Positions 13,130 to 26,642 of a stretch of 64,000 nucleotides of DNA are shown here, piece after piece. The notes beneath the pieces were generated by a model. The model made no database searches. It was not told the DNA's origin and was given only the letters and a program-made list of their open reading frames with translations. This stretch comes from Mytilus californianus (Eukaryota): positions 28,210,001 through 28,274,000 of the forward strand of contig NW_026262582.1 in the NCBI RefSeq assembly GCF_021869535.1, given 5' to 3'. Both the position numbers and the translations under genes were made by a program. How positions within the stretch are numbered: position 1 is the first letter of the stretch; each line of letters starts with the position of its first letter.

Positions 13130-13256
13130 GGAATAGATACTTAAGCTGTATTTGGCAAAACCTTTTTGTAATTTTGGGTCCTCAATGCTCTTCGACTTCG
13201 TCCTTTATTTGGCCTTTTAACTTTTTTTATTCGATCGTCACTGATGAGTTTAGACA
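13130..13256 (+). mobile_element. Retrozyme family 1 fragment truncated inside the hammerhead
   Basis: Matches 25720-25860 and ends at CGTCACTGATGAGTTTAGAC. Confidence 0.65.
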
Positions 13257-13940
13257 TTTCTGTTTCCATCATGAAGATAATATAAATATGAAAATAGGGA
13301 GATGTGGTATGATTACCAAGGAGACAACTATCCTCTAAAGTTCAAATGAAGTGGATGTTAGCAATTATAGGCAACCGTACGGCCTCCAACAGTAAGAAAA
13401 ACCCATATCGTATAGTCGGCTATAAAAAAAAAAATCAGTTCTAGATGCATGTACTATAATTGCGTATATTCAGACATTAATTGGCACATTTATTATTGCA
13501 TTTTTTGAAGAATGGACTAAAATACGAGATCAATTATTGCTATTCTAGGAAATTCTGCCAACAGCTTATTTCTGACTTTACAGTATATAAATCGATTTTA
13601 ATGATATCATGAAGACGCATATATACAATTTATTTATTTCAGAAATCACAGCAACAGATAATTGCAGAGTATCTATATGAGTAATTAATTATAAATAGTT
13701 TGACAAACTTAAATATCAATAACCAAATCAAGATGGACTCCTTTTCTTTTGTACCCTAATGATACTTAGTTATCGGAATTATCGTCTGGTCTGTAATTTT
13801 ACCGATTGTGACCTATTCTCTGAGAGTGAATTTGCATTACGACTTGTGGTTGCAAAGAATTAGACGTTTACCCTGTCACGCAACCGGTCTCGCTCCTTAT
13901 GCAGTTCAAGCGGTTCCCAAAGTTGATTTTGTACATTATG

Positions 13941-14280
13941 TAAAAATAAGAAGATGTGGTATGATAGCCAATAAGACAACATTCCACCAAAGCTCAAATG
14001 AAGTGGATGTAGGCAATTATAGGCAACTGTACGTCTTTCAAAAATGAGAACAAAACATATCGTGTAGTCGGCTCTAAAAAGCCCCGACATGAAAAATATG
14101 AAACAATTCAATTGAGAAAACTAACGGCCTAATTAATAACAAAACAATTTGTGAAAAACAATTAAGACAGACATTAACCAACAACAACTACTGAAATGCA
14201 GGCTCCTGACTTTGGACAGACACCTACAGAATGTGGCGGGGTTAAACTAGTTTGTTGGCGACAAACCCTCCCCCTAACCT
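13941..14280 (-). repeat. Abundant dispersed repeat (ATTGCCAATGAGACAAC family), probable retroelement 3' end
   Basis: Related copies at about 5400-5660, 13290-13430, 17536-17835, 29380-29730, 43980-44125, 55325-55480, 58983-59292 and 62220-62660, all sharing one end. Confidence 0.75.
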
Positions 14281-14388
14281 AGTATATTTTAACAAATTTG
14301 TGGTACTTGAGACTCATTTGACTATTGTTGCCTCTTTTTGCGTTTATTGACATCTACAACGTAACTAAAGACATTGGCGATATCCTCA

Positions 14389-15760
14389 TTAGCTCACCTT
14401 TTGCCATCACTTGGCGTCCGTCGTCGTCCGTCGTCGTCAGTCCGGTGTAAACCATTTCAAACATCTTCTAATCTGAAACTACTGAACCAATTCCAACCAA
14501 ACTTAAGCTGAATGATCCTTAATGGTATCTAGAATAAAGTTTGTGTTTTATTTTCTGTTTCGTCAAAAATATGGCCGCCATGGCTAAAAATAGAACATAG
14601 GGGTAAAATGCAGTTTTTGGCTTATATCTCAAAAACTGAAGCATTTAAAGCAAATCTGACATGTTCATTAGGTCAAGTTCTATCAGCCCTGAAATTTTCA
14701 GATGAATCGAACAACCCATTGTTGGGTTGCTGCCACTAAATTGGTAATTTTAAGGAAATTTTGCAGTTTTTGGTTATTATCTTGAATATTATTATAGATA
14801 AAGATAAACTGTAAACAGCAAAAATGTTCAGCAAAGTAAGATCTACAAATAAGTTTCATATGATCAAAATTGTCAATGGACTCCTTAAGGAGTTATTGCC
14901 CTTTACGGACAATTTCACACAATTTGTTTATCATGTTTTCTAACTTTAAAAAATCTTCTCCTCTGAAACTACTAAACCAAATTTAACTAAACTTATGCTG
15001 AATGATTCTAAGGTTATCTTGAATAAAGTTTGTGTTTTATTTTCTGTTTCCTCAGAAAACATGGCCGCCATGGCTAAAATAGAACATAGGGTAAAATGCA
15101 GTTTTTGACTTATATCTTAAAAACTAAAGCATTTAGAGCAAATCAGACAAGAAGTTAAAGTATTCATTAGGTCAAGGTCTACCTGCCCTGAAATTATCAG
15201 CCAAATCGGGTATCTGATTTTTTGGTTATTGCCCCTGAATTGATGATTTTAAGGAAATTTGCAGTTTTCGGTTATTATCTTGAATATTATTATGTATAAA
15301 GATAAACTGTAAACAGCAAAAATGATCAGCAAAGTAAGATCTACAAATAAGTTTATATGACCAAATTGTTAATTGACTCCTTAAGGAGTTATTGTCCTTT
15401 AAAGACAATTTTTCACAATTTGTTCATCTAATCTAGTTTGCTTACTTTAAAAAATCTTCTCCTTTGAAACTGTTGAATCAATTTCAGCCAAACTTGGGCT
15501 GAATGAGTTTCAGAGTATCTAGTTTAAATTTTGTTTTTCATTTCCTTGTACGTCAAGATACATAGCCACTATGGCTATAATGGAACATAGGGGTAAAATG
15601 AATTTTTTTGCTTTTGAAGAAAATATGACAGATACAAAGAACATTTAAATGGCATTTTTAAGCCACTCATTAATATATATTGAAAAGCAAAAATAATCAT
15701 TGATGAAAATTTAAGCAAAAAATTACAGGTGAGCGATTCAGGCTCTTGAGAGCCTCTTGT
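14389..15760 (+). mobile_element. Helentron-associated HINE with about 2.5 internal 490-500 bp repeats
   Basis: Subterminal inverted repeat TTAGCTCACCT (14389) / AGGTGAGCG (15727), GTCC/GTC microsatellite near the 5' end, 3' hairpin AGGCTC-TTGA-GAGCCT; internal units at 14463, 14953 and 15454. Confidence 0.8.
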
Positions 15761-17075
15761 TATTTGTTACCTTGATTTGTATCTCTGTAATTCGTTTATG
15801 AGATTTGAACGTCGGTAAACTAATGTTGCCTGAAGTTAATGATTAACATTTAATTGTGCATGGTCAAGTTTTCATCAACTATAATGTCAATGACACAGTA
15901 TAAAGCGTAAAAGATGATTTTTGCTTCTTTTACTCCAAGTGCGCAGCTTTTTGATAAAAAGAGAAGGCTTTTTGCCAAGTTTTATAATTCTTCCAAGGTT
16001 TGAATTGCTTCATTGAGAGATAAGATGCAAAGTTTTTTTGTATGTCAACTTTGTTCATTTGATCTTCTTAAATATTTTAAAGATATATTAAGAAAATTAG
16101 AAAATCAATTGCTGAAATGTCGGCTAAAAGATCCCCACGCAAAATAAAGAATTTGCGAAATATAGTTTTGTTTTTCTTTGTTGAAATATTTGTTTGTTTT
16201 TATAGTGATTAAAATTATAACACAATGTTGACTGCTGTACTCCTATTTTCAACATTTTTACCTATTATGTCTGTTTGTTTTGTTCCCACATTGTTGTCAA
16301 TATAATGGAATTTTATGCGACTGTCATACAAGTGGGAGGTTTAGCTAGCTATAAAATAAGGTTTAATCCGCCATTTTCTACATAAGGAAATGCCTGTACC
16401 AAGTCATCAATATGACAGGTGTTTTCCATTCGTTTGATGTGTTTGAGCTTTTGATTTTGCCATTTTGCCATTTTGATAAGGGACTTTCCGATTCAAATTT
16501 TCATTGGAGTTCGGTATTTTTGTTATTTTACATTTCCCACTTATCCTCTGCAAGTTTTTGATTTTTTTTTGTGTACAGGTAATTTGTTTGCAGTCAATAA
16601 AGTACTGTTGCAACATATCATGATGCGTAAAGCATCGGTTCGTATCTAAATATAATAATGATAAGACATTTTAAGCAGTTTTTCAGTTTAACAACAAATT
16701 CAAGAATATTGAAGACTTTTGCAAATACATTGTACATAAGAACCAATAAAGAAAAACAGACATACTGATAACGTACATATCATTATCCCAAGGGTGTTAT
16801 TTGAGTTATTTACAACACTTTCCGAATTCAATGGGCCACAAAAAGTCAGATTTGATCAGTTTACCGTTTGCGTACCAAGTTAATGTATTCTGCCTTGGTC
16901 TTTTTGTGGATAACGGTTTGTCCTATCAAAATTATTGTCTGCTTAGTTGCGACCGTTCTCACTATAATTCAGATTTACAGTTTTCTTGACCGTCATTTGC
17001 ATAAAATATATTTTCTGTTATCGTGTGAAGAATCGCCACAAGCAACATTCTCTAAAGAAGTTGAATGTTCATGGT

Positions 17076-17290
17076 TCAATTTTTGTTAGTAGTAAGATTA
17101 ACATGATTGTCTTTAGTTTGATAATTTGCCAATAACATGTTGTATGGCTTTTCATAACCATCGTCGAGATTTTCTAAAGCACTGCGGTCCTGGTCCGATG
17201 ATGCGGACGAAAGTTCTTCATTCACTAGGACTATTCCTCTATTTTCCACAACTGGTGTTTCGACTGTTGAAATTACCGGGTAATCATTTT
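17076..17290 (-). CDS. Gene B last exon, cytoplasmic tail
   Basis: ctttccag acceptor, phase 1; ENDYPVISTVETPV...LDDGYEKPYNMLLANY...TTNKN*. Confidence 0.7.
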
Positions 17291-18802
17291 CTGGAAAGGG
17301 TAAAATCACAGTATATAACATTCATTTTAACAATTAAACTTTCAGAGTTTTTTCTAAAACTGACACCAGTGTGTCAGATTGCAGAGTTACATAAATCATA
17401 TGAAATATATAATCATCAATTGTTTTCATTTATAATCATATTTTACCATGATTAAATTGTGTTCAGTCGTATCCGTTAAGGAAAATCCGAATAAAAATCA
17501 ATAAATTAATTCGTATAAGGTTATCAAATGCTTATAACAATAAGAAGATGTGGTATGATTGCCGAAGAGACAACTCTCCACCAGAGACCAAATGACCTAT
17601 CAGTTTGCAACTATTGGTCACCATACGGATTTCAACAATGAGCAAAACCCATACCGCATAGCACGCTACAAAAGGCCACGAAATGACAAATGTAAAAATA
17701 TTTAAACGAGAAAACAAGCAATCGGATTTATGTATACAATAATAAACGAAAAACAAATATAATAATCAGCAACAAACGATAACCTCTGAATTACAGGCTC
17801 CTATTTTTGGTCAGGCACATAAAGAATGCTTGCGGGTATGGGTAATTGGCGTAAGAGCACAACATGAAAACACACGATAACAATCAATTCGATACAAAGC
17901 ACAAAAAAACATCAAATACAAATTCTAAAAACACAAAGGACAGAAAAACTGATAATGCTTTAATTTCAAAACTAGGAAACATGATTGTGTTCAAATTTGA
18001 TAACCAACATACAAAATTGGCTGAAGTTATGTGAAAATGTTGGTTTATATATTAACAACTAGCTTTCCCTTCTGAAATGTTTTTTTTGTGTAAATATTAA
18101 GTTTGCTCGTTTTATACTTTAAAATATAGTGTTACTCAAAATCAGTTCGTAGACAGGTCCACCGAAGTGTGCAGAATTATTAACGTAATCTTATATCAAG
18201 TATTTCAATAGCACAATTGAATTAATGTACAGGCGATATGTATTAGTGTATAAGATGTGTGTTTCTGAAATTTTCTTTATTAAATACGTTTAAAACCTAT
18301 ATTTTAAGAAACCAAATGTGCAGTATGTTTGCAATCAACGAGTCGACGCCAATAAAATATCAAAGAAACCACTAATAATAGTATTTGGGGAACTTTACCT
18401 ATGATACATGCGTTGATTGTTTTATTACAAGTACAAAAATTATTATCAAAAATGAAATACCAAAAAGAATCATTTTAAATTTTAAAAAAAGTAATACTTT
18501 TTACTAGACTGGCAGACCATTCGGGGGCTGGCCCATGGTGTTAGCGAACTTATATTTCGGCATTTAGATATTCCGGTACTTGAAATATACTAGTGTATTC
18601 CTTCTTCACACAAGTGTGTTCACTCCATCAGAATACGTCAGGGAATTTTTAGACAAGTGTACTTCATTCAGTGATGATACATCGGTTGAAAAAAATGTAC
18701 ATTCACACTAACAGTCCATCAGTAATGGTATCAACCCAATCATAGTATAACAAAATGTGAATTTTATCAATTATTGGGGAATATTTTTTTTACATTTCGT
18801 AC

Positions 18803-18894
18803 CTTGGGATGATGTTTGTATCATATTATTTTCATTAATCTCCGTATAATAAGCACTGTCATTACCATACCTTCGACTCGGATTAACTATCAAC
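18803..18894 (-). CDS. Gene B cytoplasmic exon
   Basis: ttttag acceptor, gtacga donor, phase 2-1; LIVNPSRRYGNDSAYYTEINENNMIQTSSQ. Confidence 0.6.
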
Positions 18895-20029
18895 CTAAAA
18901 TTGTTACTTGTTTGGATAAAATAACATACTAAAAACGGTTTTTTGGATTGTGTGTAGTTCACATGAACTAATTTGTTCAGAGGTTTTTTCGTTGAATGAT
19001 ATGGAGCTATCAGGCACCACGTTTACTTAAGTTGTCCTTTTACATTGTGTCAATAAAATTGTGTAGCAAATTGTTACTATTGACTTACTTATTATTATTG
19101 GACAGTAAAAATAATGTGTTTTGCATTCTTAACGGCAGTTTTCCATTTAAATTCCGCCATCTTTATTTCTGTGTGAATATTTTATTGTGTAACATTCATT
19201 ACTTTCCAGCAATATTGATTCAATTATGAAATACAGTTTCCAAAACATTTTTATGTATGTACAATAACTCGAGTAATGTTATTTTAAGATGTTGCATTAG
19301 TATAATGAAGAATCACAAAAAAATGTATTTAACTCATTCACATCAGAAATTTTATTCAAACATGTTCTTTCAAGAATAACCTGCTTTGTACCATTAATAA
19401 TCTTAATAAGAAAAACAAAAGGACGATTGTTTTTCAAAGGCAATGGAACAAACGTTTATACGTTGTAAATGCATTTTATCGACATAACCACGGAAAACCC
19501 AGCTTGAAAAAATTCTTGTTTTCGAGTATATATTTTTTTTAATTTGTCATTGTATCATTGTATTTGTCATCATATTTCATAAGGAGAAAACATATTGCAA
19601 ATGTGCGCATTTTTTAAGCTGAAATATAAAATATATACGGAGCTATGTTACCATACAGATCTAACAATCAATACGCGTCAGTGAAAGGTCAATTTTGCAA
19701 ACAGAGGTGTAATATAAAAAAATGAACAACTATTTTCCCCTTGGAATATCGAAATAAAGTTGATCTTTGATTTGTTACAAATTACTGCACCCACCTCTGT
19801 CTGAACCTCTGTTTCATGTGCCCTGCAATTGAAACATGAGACGAAAATAAAATTACATGTATTAATTTAAATCTGCAAAACTTAAATAAATTGATTTTTA
19901 TCTATTCAATCATGAGATCAAATCAAATGCTTACCTCTCTGTTAAAGAAAAGGCATTGCTCATCAGTACTTCTGATACTTTCCGTATTTTCTATTACATT
20001 AATACAAACAAAAAAAGAGGATACCAAGG

Positions 20030-21720
20030 GAATAATCAAAAACCATCAGCCGACATCACTATGTTCATTATATTGTTTAACGAGTATATACCCTCATGCT
20101 GACATCGTGGACATCATGATGTTGACAAATTCATGTCAACATTGTATTATTACTGTAAACCTTGTTTACACCCTTGCGTTTCCATAGTCGTGCGTTGGTA
20201 TTGTCAGGTTTTATGGACTTCCCTCTTTTTTAGTCTACCTTGGAGTTCGATATTTTGGTTAATACACTACTTACATCGTTGACATTGCAATAATAAAAAT
20301 GTCATGTCAACAGAGTTTTTATATTTAATAGTGTGTCAAGTATTTGCATCGTCGACATTTTCCAGTTAACAATATCGTGTCAAAAGAGTGTTTGTATTGT
20401 TTACCAAGTCAATACACTCGTGTTTACATCGTCGACATGGTGATGCCAGCAATATCGTGTCAACATTGTGTTTATATTGTTTACCTAGTCTGTTTCCTCG
20501 TGTAAACATCGGGCACTTCGTTCACATCGCAATGTTGACAATTTCGTTATTAATTTGTACCTTGGTTGATAATTGTGGTATAATTTATGAAACTGAGAGA
20601 ATTATATAGTTGTGAATCTTTAATTCAAGTATATATCTTTTTGGTATGGTAGGCCAGAGTTGCTAAATTTTTCAAACTAGTTGGCCCATGATGGTGCTTA
20701 TGGTTTAAGTAAATATATTACAAAACCAGAAAAAAGCAGACAATATTCTGTTCGCTTGGAGAATTGTTGGTTATAAAATACACTGCAAACAATGAAGATG
20801 AATTGTGTTGTCGTTATATATAATAAATAACCCCTACACAGATGGTGAATTCGAAAACGTTGACAAGTAATCGTCCGAAAAACTTTTCAACTAATTGAAG
20901 ATACAATTAGTTCATCTTGAATTACCAGACACGTCAAAAGAAGATAGAATTGTAAAAATGAAAAAAATATTGACATAAAAAATATCATAATTATGAATGT
21001 TTTAATTGAATAAACTGTCGAAAACGTCTTGATAAGACTCATTAATGGCTCTTGAAATATGAAGTTGAAAAGCATTGAAAACCAAAAATACTGAATAATA
21101 TTGCCAAATACGGCTATGGCCATTCAATGTATATGCCTGGATGTAGACTAAAACATTTGTAGCCGATATTTCAAAATTTTGTAAACAAAAAATGAACAGA
21201 GCATAAGGTTATTATTGGTTTTTTTTATATCAACGCAGAAATGCTGACTACTTGGCTGGTGATACCATCAAATCCTGTCTAATCCATACCTGTTATTTGT
21301 AAGCAACAATTTGAAGAGTACATAATTTTGTAAAAGAATATGCATTTGAAGAAATAGATAACCGACTAATTACTTTCCGATTTATTAGCGTTTTTATGCA
21401 TGTATGATCATATTGTTGACAATGTAAACAATAAATGAAAGATTAAACAACGTAAACGATGTAAATACGACATCGTGACTAAATTTTAGCCATCGCAATA
21501 TCGACAATATTGACGACGTAATAAATACATAAGACTTCATTACATATAAACGATGTAGACACAATATTGTAAGTACATTGACGACATGGGGGTGTCTACA
21601 ATGTAAACAATACATAACATTTCACATAATTTATACGATGTTAAAGCGATATCGTTTATTCATTGCAGACATTGCAATGTCGACAATATCCTTTTAACAA
21701 TGTGCATTGGACATGGATGA
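20030..21720. repeat. Degenerate about 80-bp minisatellite in two oppositely oriented blocks
   Basis: AATATCGTGTCAA at 20371 and 20451; GTCGAC/GTTTAC/GTCAAC-rich blocks at 20030-20560 and, inverted, at 21390-21720. Confidence 0.5.
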
Positions 21721-21959
21721 ATACCTTCAAAAATAATTTAATGACCATTGTGAAATTTGTTTTTAATCAGTAATTGGGTTTAAACCTAAACATCACTTTC
21801 CGGACAATGGTAAAAAAGGAATGATCCTCAGATGAATCATCATATTTAGATTTGACAATGCTGTCTATATTTTTAATGAAACATTTCGCTTTTTCTTTTG
21901 ATATTCTTACCACTTGACAGTGTGTTAACTGAAACAGACACTTAAGTAAGTTTACTTAC

Positions 21960-22025
21960 GAACATATAATACCACCCCAGTCACTAAGACTGCAATAATT
22001 ATCAGTAATACCATAACCAGGATGT
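21960..22025 (-). CDS. Gene B transmembrane exon
   Basis: ttcttcag acceptor, gtaagt donor, 66 nt, phase 1-1; ILVMVLLIIIAVLVTGVVLYV. Confidence 0.8.
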
Positions 22026-23826
22026 CTGAAGAAAATGATGATTTTTCTACTGATGGATGATCGGCTGAAACAAATTATGTATATTAGTAAGTTGATTCTT
22101 TTAGCGATCCAAACAGTTAAATATCTAAATAATCAGTCAAATCTAAAATTGGAAATTACCATGGCACAGACAAATATAAAAACCGTGTTATTAATGATAC
22201 GTACGATTGAAGTTTGAAATACTTTCAAAACATTTTTAACCATGTTTCGTTTTTGTTGTTGTCATGCCGGTGTCAGTTTGTCTTCGACATGTGAATTGAA
22301 TATTCCTTTGGTATTTTCCGCCTTTAAAACATGATTTGTTCATTTCAAAATTTTCCAGTCCACAAATTATTTTTGATTATTTTATTCGTGTACATTTTAT
22401 ATCCCAAAATTTTCAAGCATGATGAAATTAAACAAAATCATACAGTCCAATAGATTATAATTCCATAATTTAAAGTATTTTTTCTTTGGAAACCATTACA
22501 TATAATAATGTTATGCGTTTTAATATGATTATGTTTTAGCTTGTCAAATAGAGAACAAAATACTTCTGAAAGTCACGTTTGACTAGTTTTACTTTTATTC
22601 TTACAATGGTTAAGTTCCCAGTAGTAATACTAGGTTATTTCAATTAAATGAGAGTTTCAGTTTTATACGAGAAAAAGCAAATCAACACTAAGCTCCTGTG
22701 TGAACGAAACAAAAATTCGAACAGAACGTCACCATTTTATATTCATTGAAACATCTGCTCTTATTTTGCAGATTCGAAGAAGTATAATTGTTATGAAATT
22801 GTATACCATCACAGGTCGTTATTCCAGGAACAGTCAGTCAACCAAAAGACAGCAAACTTGATTCCGGAAAATGAAATGGCAGCAGAACTGAAAAGAATGG
22901 CAGAAAACGGACATGGGTAAGACATTATCCGGGGTACCTTAGTGCATGAAGTGGCAAGAACATAAAACGAGGGGCTGCAAAATATGTACTAAAACAAGAA
23001 TATTTTAATGATTTGACAAAGTTTACATGAAATAAAAATAGAGGATCGATTGTTTAATAACTGTAAAGTGATTTTGCTAAATAAGTTAAGTTTGTTTAGG
23101 CACAACACCCTAAAGACCACCTTTATTTGTTTAAATTCCAATTTACACATTGTATCTGCAGATTTTTTTCTGTTTTTGGTTTATTATGTAGATTGTCTTT
23201 AGAAAGTAAAAGAAAAATGTTGTTGCATAAAAAACACGAAAGATTACACTATCAATGTTCCGATAACAGATAATAAATGTTAGATAGTAAAAACGTTTAA
23301 CAATCACGTATCAGTTTCATTAAAGTCCAAGATACCTGATATAGATAAGGCTTGGTTATAGGTCTGTCGACGGAAGGAGTAAAACATCGCTTCATTAAGT
23401 TATTCTGTGATTTTTAATCGTATTTAATTCAGTCATTTCAACGTCATCATCATTTCTATTTTAACTGTCTAAATATTCGAAACACGTAAGCGAGATGTAT
23501 GTATCCATGAACAAATATTTTGGCCTTAAGGATCACTGAAGACATTATCGTTAAAACCAAATGTGAAAACAACAATTCTTGAAGATGTAATGGTTGGGTC
23601 TGATAAATAATTGTTTTTATGTTGGATTATTCGTTGGGCTTATAATTGAGATAATATTTAGATTTTATATTTATTCAAGTAAATTCCAAAATTGATTAAT
23701 TTTAAACATTTTGTTAATTTACTATATCTTAAAAGATAGTTTGTCCTTTATAATATGTAATGCTATATTCAGTGACCAATCATCAACTTGAAGAGTTCGT
23801 TATACATATCCTATTTGTAGACTTAC

Positions 23827-24093
23827 AATTTACTTGAAGAACAATAGTTACTGATTCTTTTCCAATGATATTCGTGGCTAAACATGTGTAGTTTCCTTGG
23901 TCGTATCGACTGACGTGTTTAATTGTGTAACAAGTTTGCTTCGTACGATATGTAACCAATATTTCCTTACTTCCATTCAACAATCTCGTTGACGATGGCG
24001 CTGGATTACTCACGACATAACAACACAATTTGTTCGTTTCACCTTCATTGATTTCATCATTCATAACCTGCATGCTAAAAACCCGTGGGGTGT
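23827..24093 (-). CDS. Gene B third Ig domain exon
   Basis: 267 nt, phase 1-1; YTPRVF...LCCYVVSNPAP...VSRYDQGNYTCLATNIIGKESVTIVLQVN. Confidence 0.85.
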
Positions 24094-24159
24094 CTATTGA
24101 AAACAAAAATAATTTACAAAAAATAGAAGTAGGCAGATGCAATATTATTGTAATATTAG

Positions 24160-24490
24160 AGAAGAGAGACGAAATATATCTAAGGGACATTTAAACTCAT
24201 TAGTAGAAAAAAAACTGACAATGCCATTGCAAAACAAACGAAAAATGATGCAAAGACAAACAGTATACACAACACTACATTGAAAATCAAATAATGTGCA
24301 ACACAAACCGCACCAAAATTCCGGGGGTGATCCCAGGTGCTCTCGAAGGGTTAGCACATTTGGCACCCGTTGTGATGCTCATGTATGTACAAACCGGGTT
24401 ATAAGTGTAATTGGTAGATCGCCTTCGAGGACAAAGGACGTTGTTGTGGTTACGACATTTGGAACATATCCGTCGTCCTCTGTCATATTA
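24160..24490 (-). mobile_element. Naiad-type family 2 3' UTR fragment
   Basis: Homologous to 40740-41027 and 42595-42926. Confidence 0.65.
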
Positions 24491-25484
24491 CTTATTTTAT
24501 ATTAAGGTTTACGAACGCCAACATGATTTGCTCTACGGTTTTGGAATATCTGTGTAACTTGTCGTAGCCATAATCCTGTCTTTTTATCCTGTTTTTTTTA
24601 ATTGCCGAGTGTACCTTAACTACGGATTTTTAACTGCTATTAGCAAATGTTCCTGAAGACTTGAGTTCATTTTGCTTTTTTTTTTTTTGTTATTTTGTTT
24701 GGCGAGGTCCATGTTCTTCAATCGTTACGTTTCTTTCTGGTGTTTTGAGGACTTTTGTTTTAAAGTTATAGATAATGTAGATAGACATCAGACATTAGAC
24801 AATTACGAAAAAGATACCACCCATCTATAAAAAAATAGCTTCAGTGTCATTCAGAAACATTGAAAATAAGTTTGAAAAATTTCCACACTATCCAAAACAT
24901 ATAGTGTACACTGCCACTCCCTTATTGTCATTCTTCAAATATTTGTTTGGATTTTTTTTTTTGGCAAATACATCTTATCAACAGAATATTAGTTTTTTTA
25001 CGACAATAGTAAACACCCGCTAGCACTTAACTGAAACTTATTTAAATACAAGCGAACATTAAGAGGTACAAACATGAATTTATTGATTCCTGATTGTACA
25101 AAATCACAAAATAGTCACAATGGTGTTAAATAGAATAAACATTAAACCCTCTATACTGAAAAAAAATATTTACTTTTCACACTAAACACCACATCTAAGA
25201 TTCGATCCGCGTAACTTTGACATGTGCCGTTTTATTATAGTATCGGGACCAAACGCCTTTACAATAATGGTGGTTGCCGCCTTGTTCATATTTGTTGGAG
25301 CATTACCATATGCATATCTGTGTGGCTTAACCACACTAAATTGTTTTCTATGAGATTAATAATTAGTTGTTTATCATTGGCAATCAGTGCTATCTTCTTT
25401 CTTATATAATATTTCAAGCAGTTAAGAATAAATAAACTCTCTTAAAGATATGATAGCGTACTTTACTTTTACTTTTTTATTTGA

Positions 25485-25880
25485 GCGCCACTGATGAGTC
25501 TTTTGAAGACAAAATGTGCGTCTGGCGTACAAAATTTCAATCCTGGTATTATGATAAGTTTATTTACAAACACTGGGTCGATGCCACTGTTGGTGGAGTT
25601 TTTTCTACCAGAGGGTACCACCAGCCCAGTAGTCAGCACTTCTGCGTTGACATGATTTATCATGGATTTGATCATAGTTATCTGTTTACAAAACTTTGAA
25701 TTTTTCGAAAGACTAAGGATTTTCTATCCCAGGAATAGATTATCTTACCTGTATTTTGGAAAACTTTTAGGAGTTTGGGGTCCTCAATGCTCTCTAACTT
25801 CGTACTTTATTTGGCCTTTTTTACTACATGATTCGAGAGTCACTGATGAGTCTTTTGTAGACGAAACGCGCGTCTGGCGT
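25485..25880 (+). mobile_element. Complete non-LTR retrozyme unit (family 1) flanked by two tandem type I hammerheads
   Basis: Hammerheads at 25485-25528 (GAAA mutated to AAAA) and 25837-25880 (core intact); cleavage sites after 25522 and 25874 define a 352-nt monomer. Confidence 0.85.
25837..25880 (+). ncRNA. Type I hammerhead ribozyme, family 1, core intact
   Basis: GAGTCA-CTGATGA-GTCTTTTGTAGAC-GAAAC-GCGC-GTC|TGGCGT; one mismatch in stem I. Confidence 0.85.
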
Positions 25881-26642
25881 TCAAAGATGAGTATTTTATA
25901 GCAGTTTTTATGCTTAGAAAAAGAATAAAAATTTCATTGCGTTAATATAGTCGGCTACCTTAAGCTTATGAAGCGTATGGATGCAATCCCGTTTGAACAT
26001 TCAGAATTGAAAATTTGGTACTTTGTTTATCGGTTTCAGTTGATTTATAGTCAAAACTTAAAATAATTTGTGTTTTAAACAAAATATATATAGTAAAAAA
26101 TTAAGCAAGAAATTGTATATTCGGAAACAATATTCGGCTCGCATCTACGCTCTTTCTTAGATTTTTCTTTCTGATTCCGTACTCTTTCGTATACATTTTC
26201 TACAACCTTACAATAAATGTAACTTGCATTTCAATGTATTGTCCTATGTTCACCTTATTTGTGTTTTTATAATTCATGAATATAGTTATCCTACAAGCAA
26301 TTGCCCTGAGATAATACGACGAAAAAATACTTTTGAAAATTTATAAAGATTTCTTATATATGTAAATCTCTAAGATAGTTTTTTTTTTATTTTATTTACA
26401 TTGACTTGTGTCTTCTCTGTAGACTTATGGGATTTGAATATCTGTAAATTGCTGTTGCCCGTAATCTGGACTAAAATCAGTTGTTGGAGCAACACTCAAA
26501 ATATTATGCACGAAATCATGACTTACAGTTAAAGAAAATAAAACCTATTCTTTAAATCTTAAATTTCAATTAGATTGTTACCAAATTATAAATATTTGAG
26601 CAATGATTGAATAAACATGCAAAATGTTTTTCGATAACTTAC

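Noticed and set aside
21911-21928. 18-nt micro-exon after the TM exon
   Set aside because: Would need a 31-nt intron and does not supply the required phase change.
26400-26530. Possible decayed Ig exon
   Set aside because: No clean frame or acceptor.
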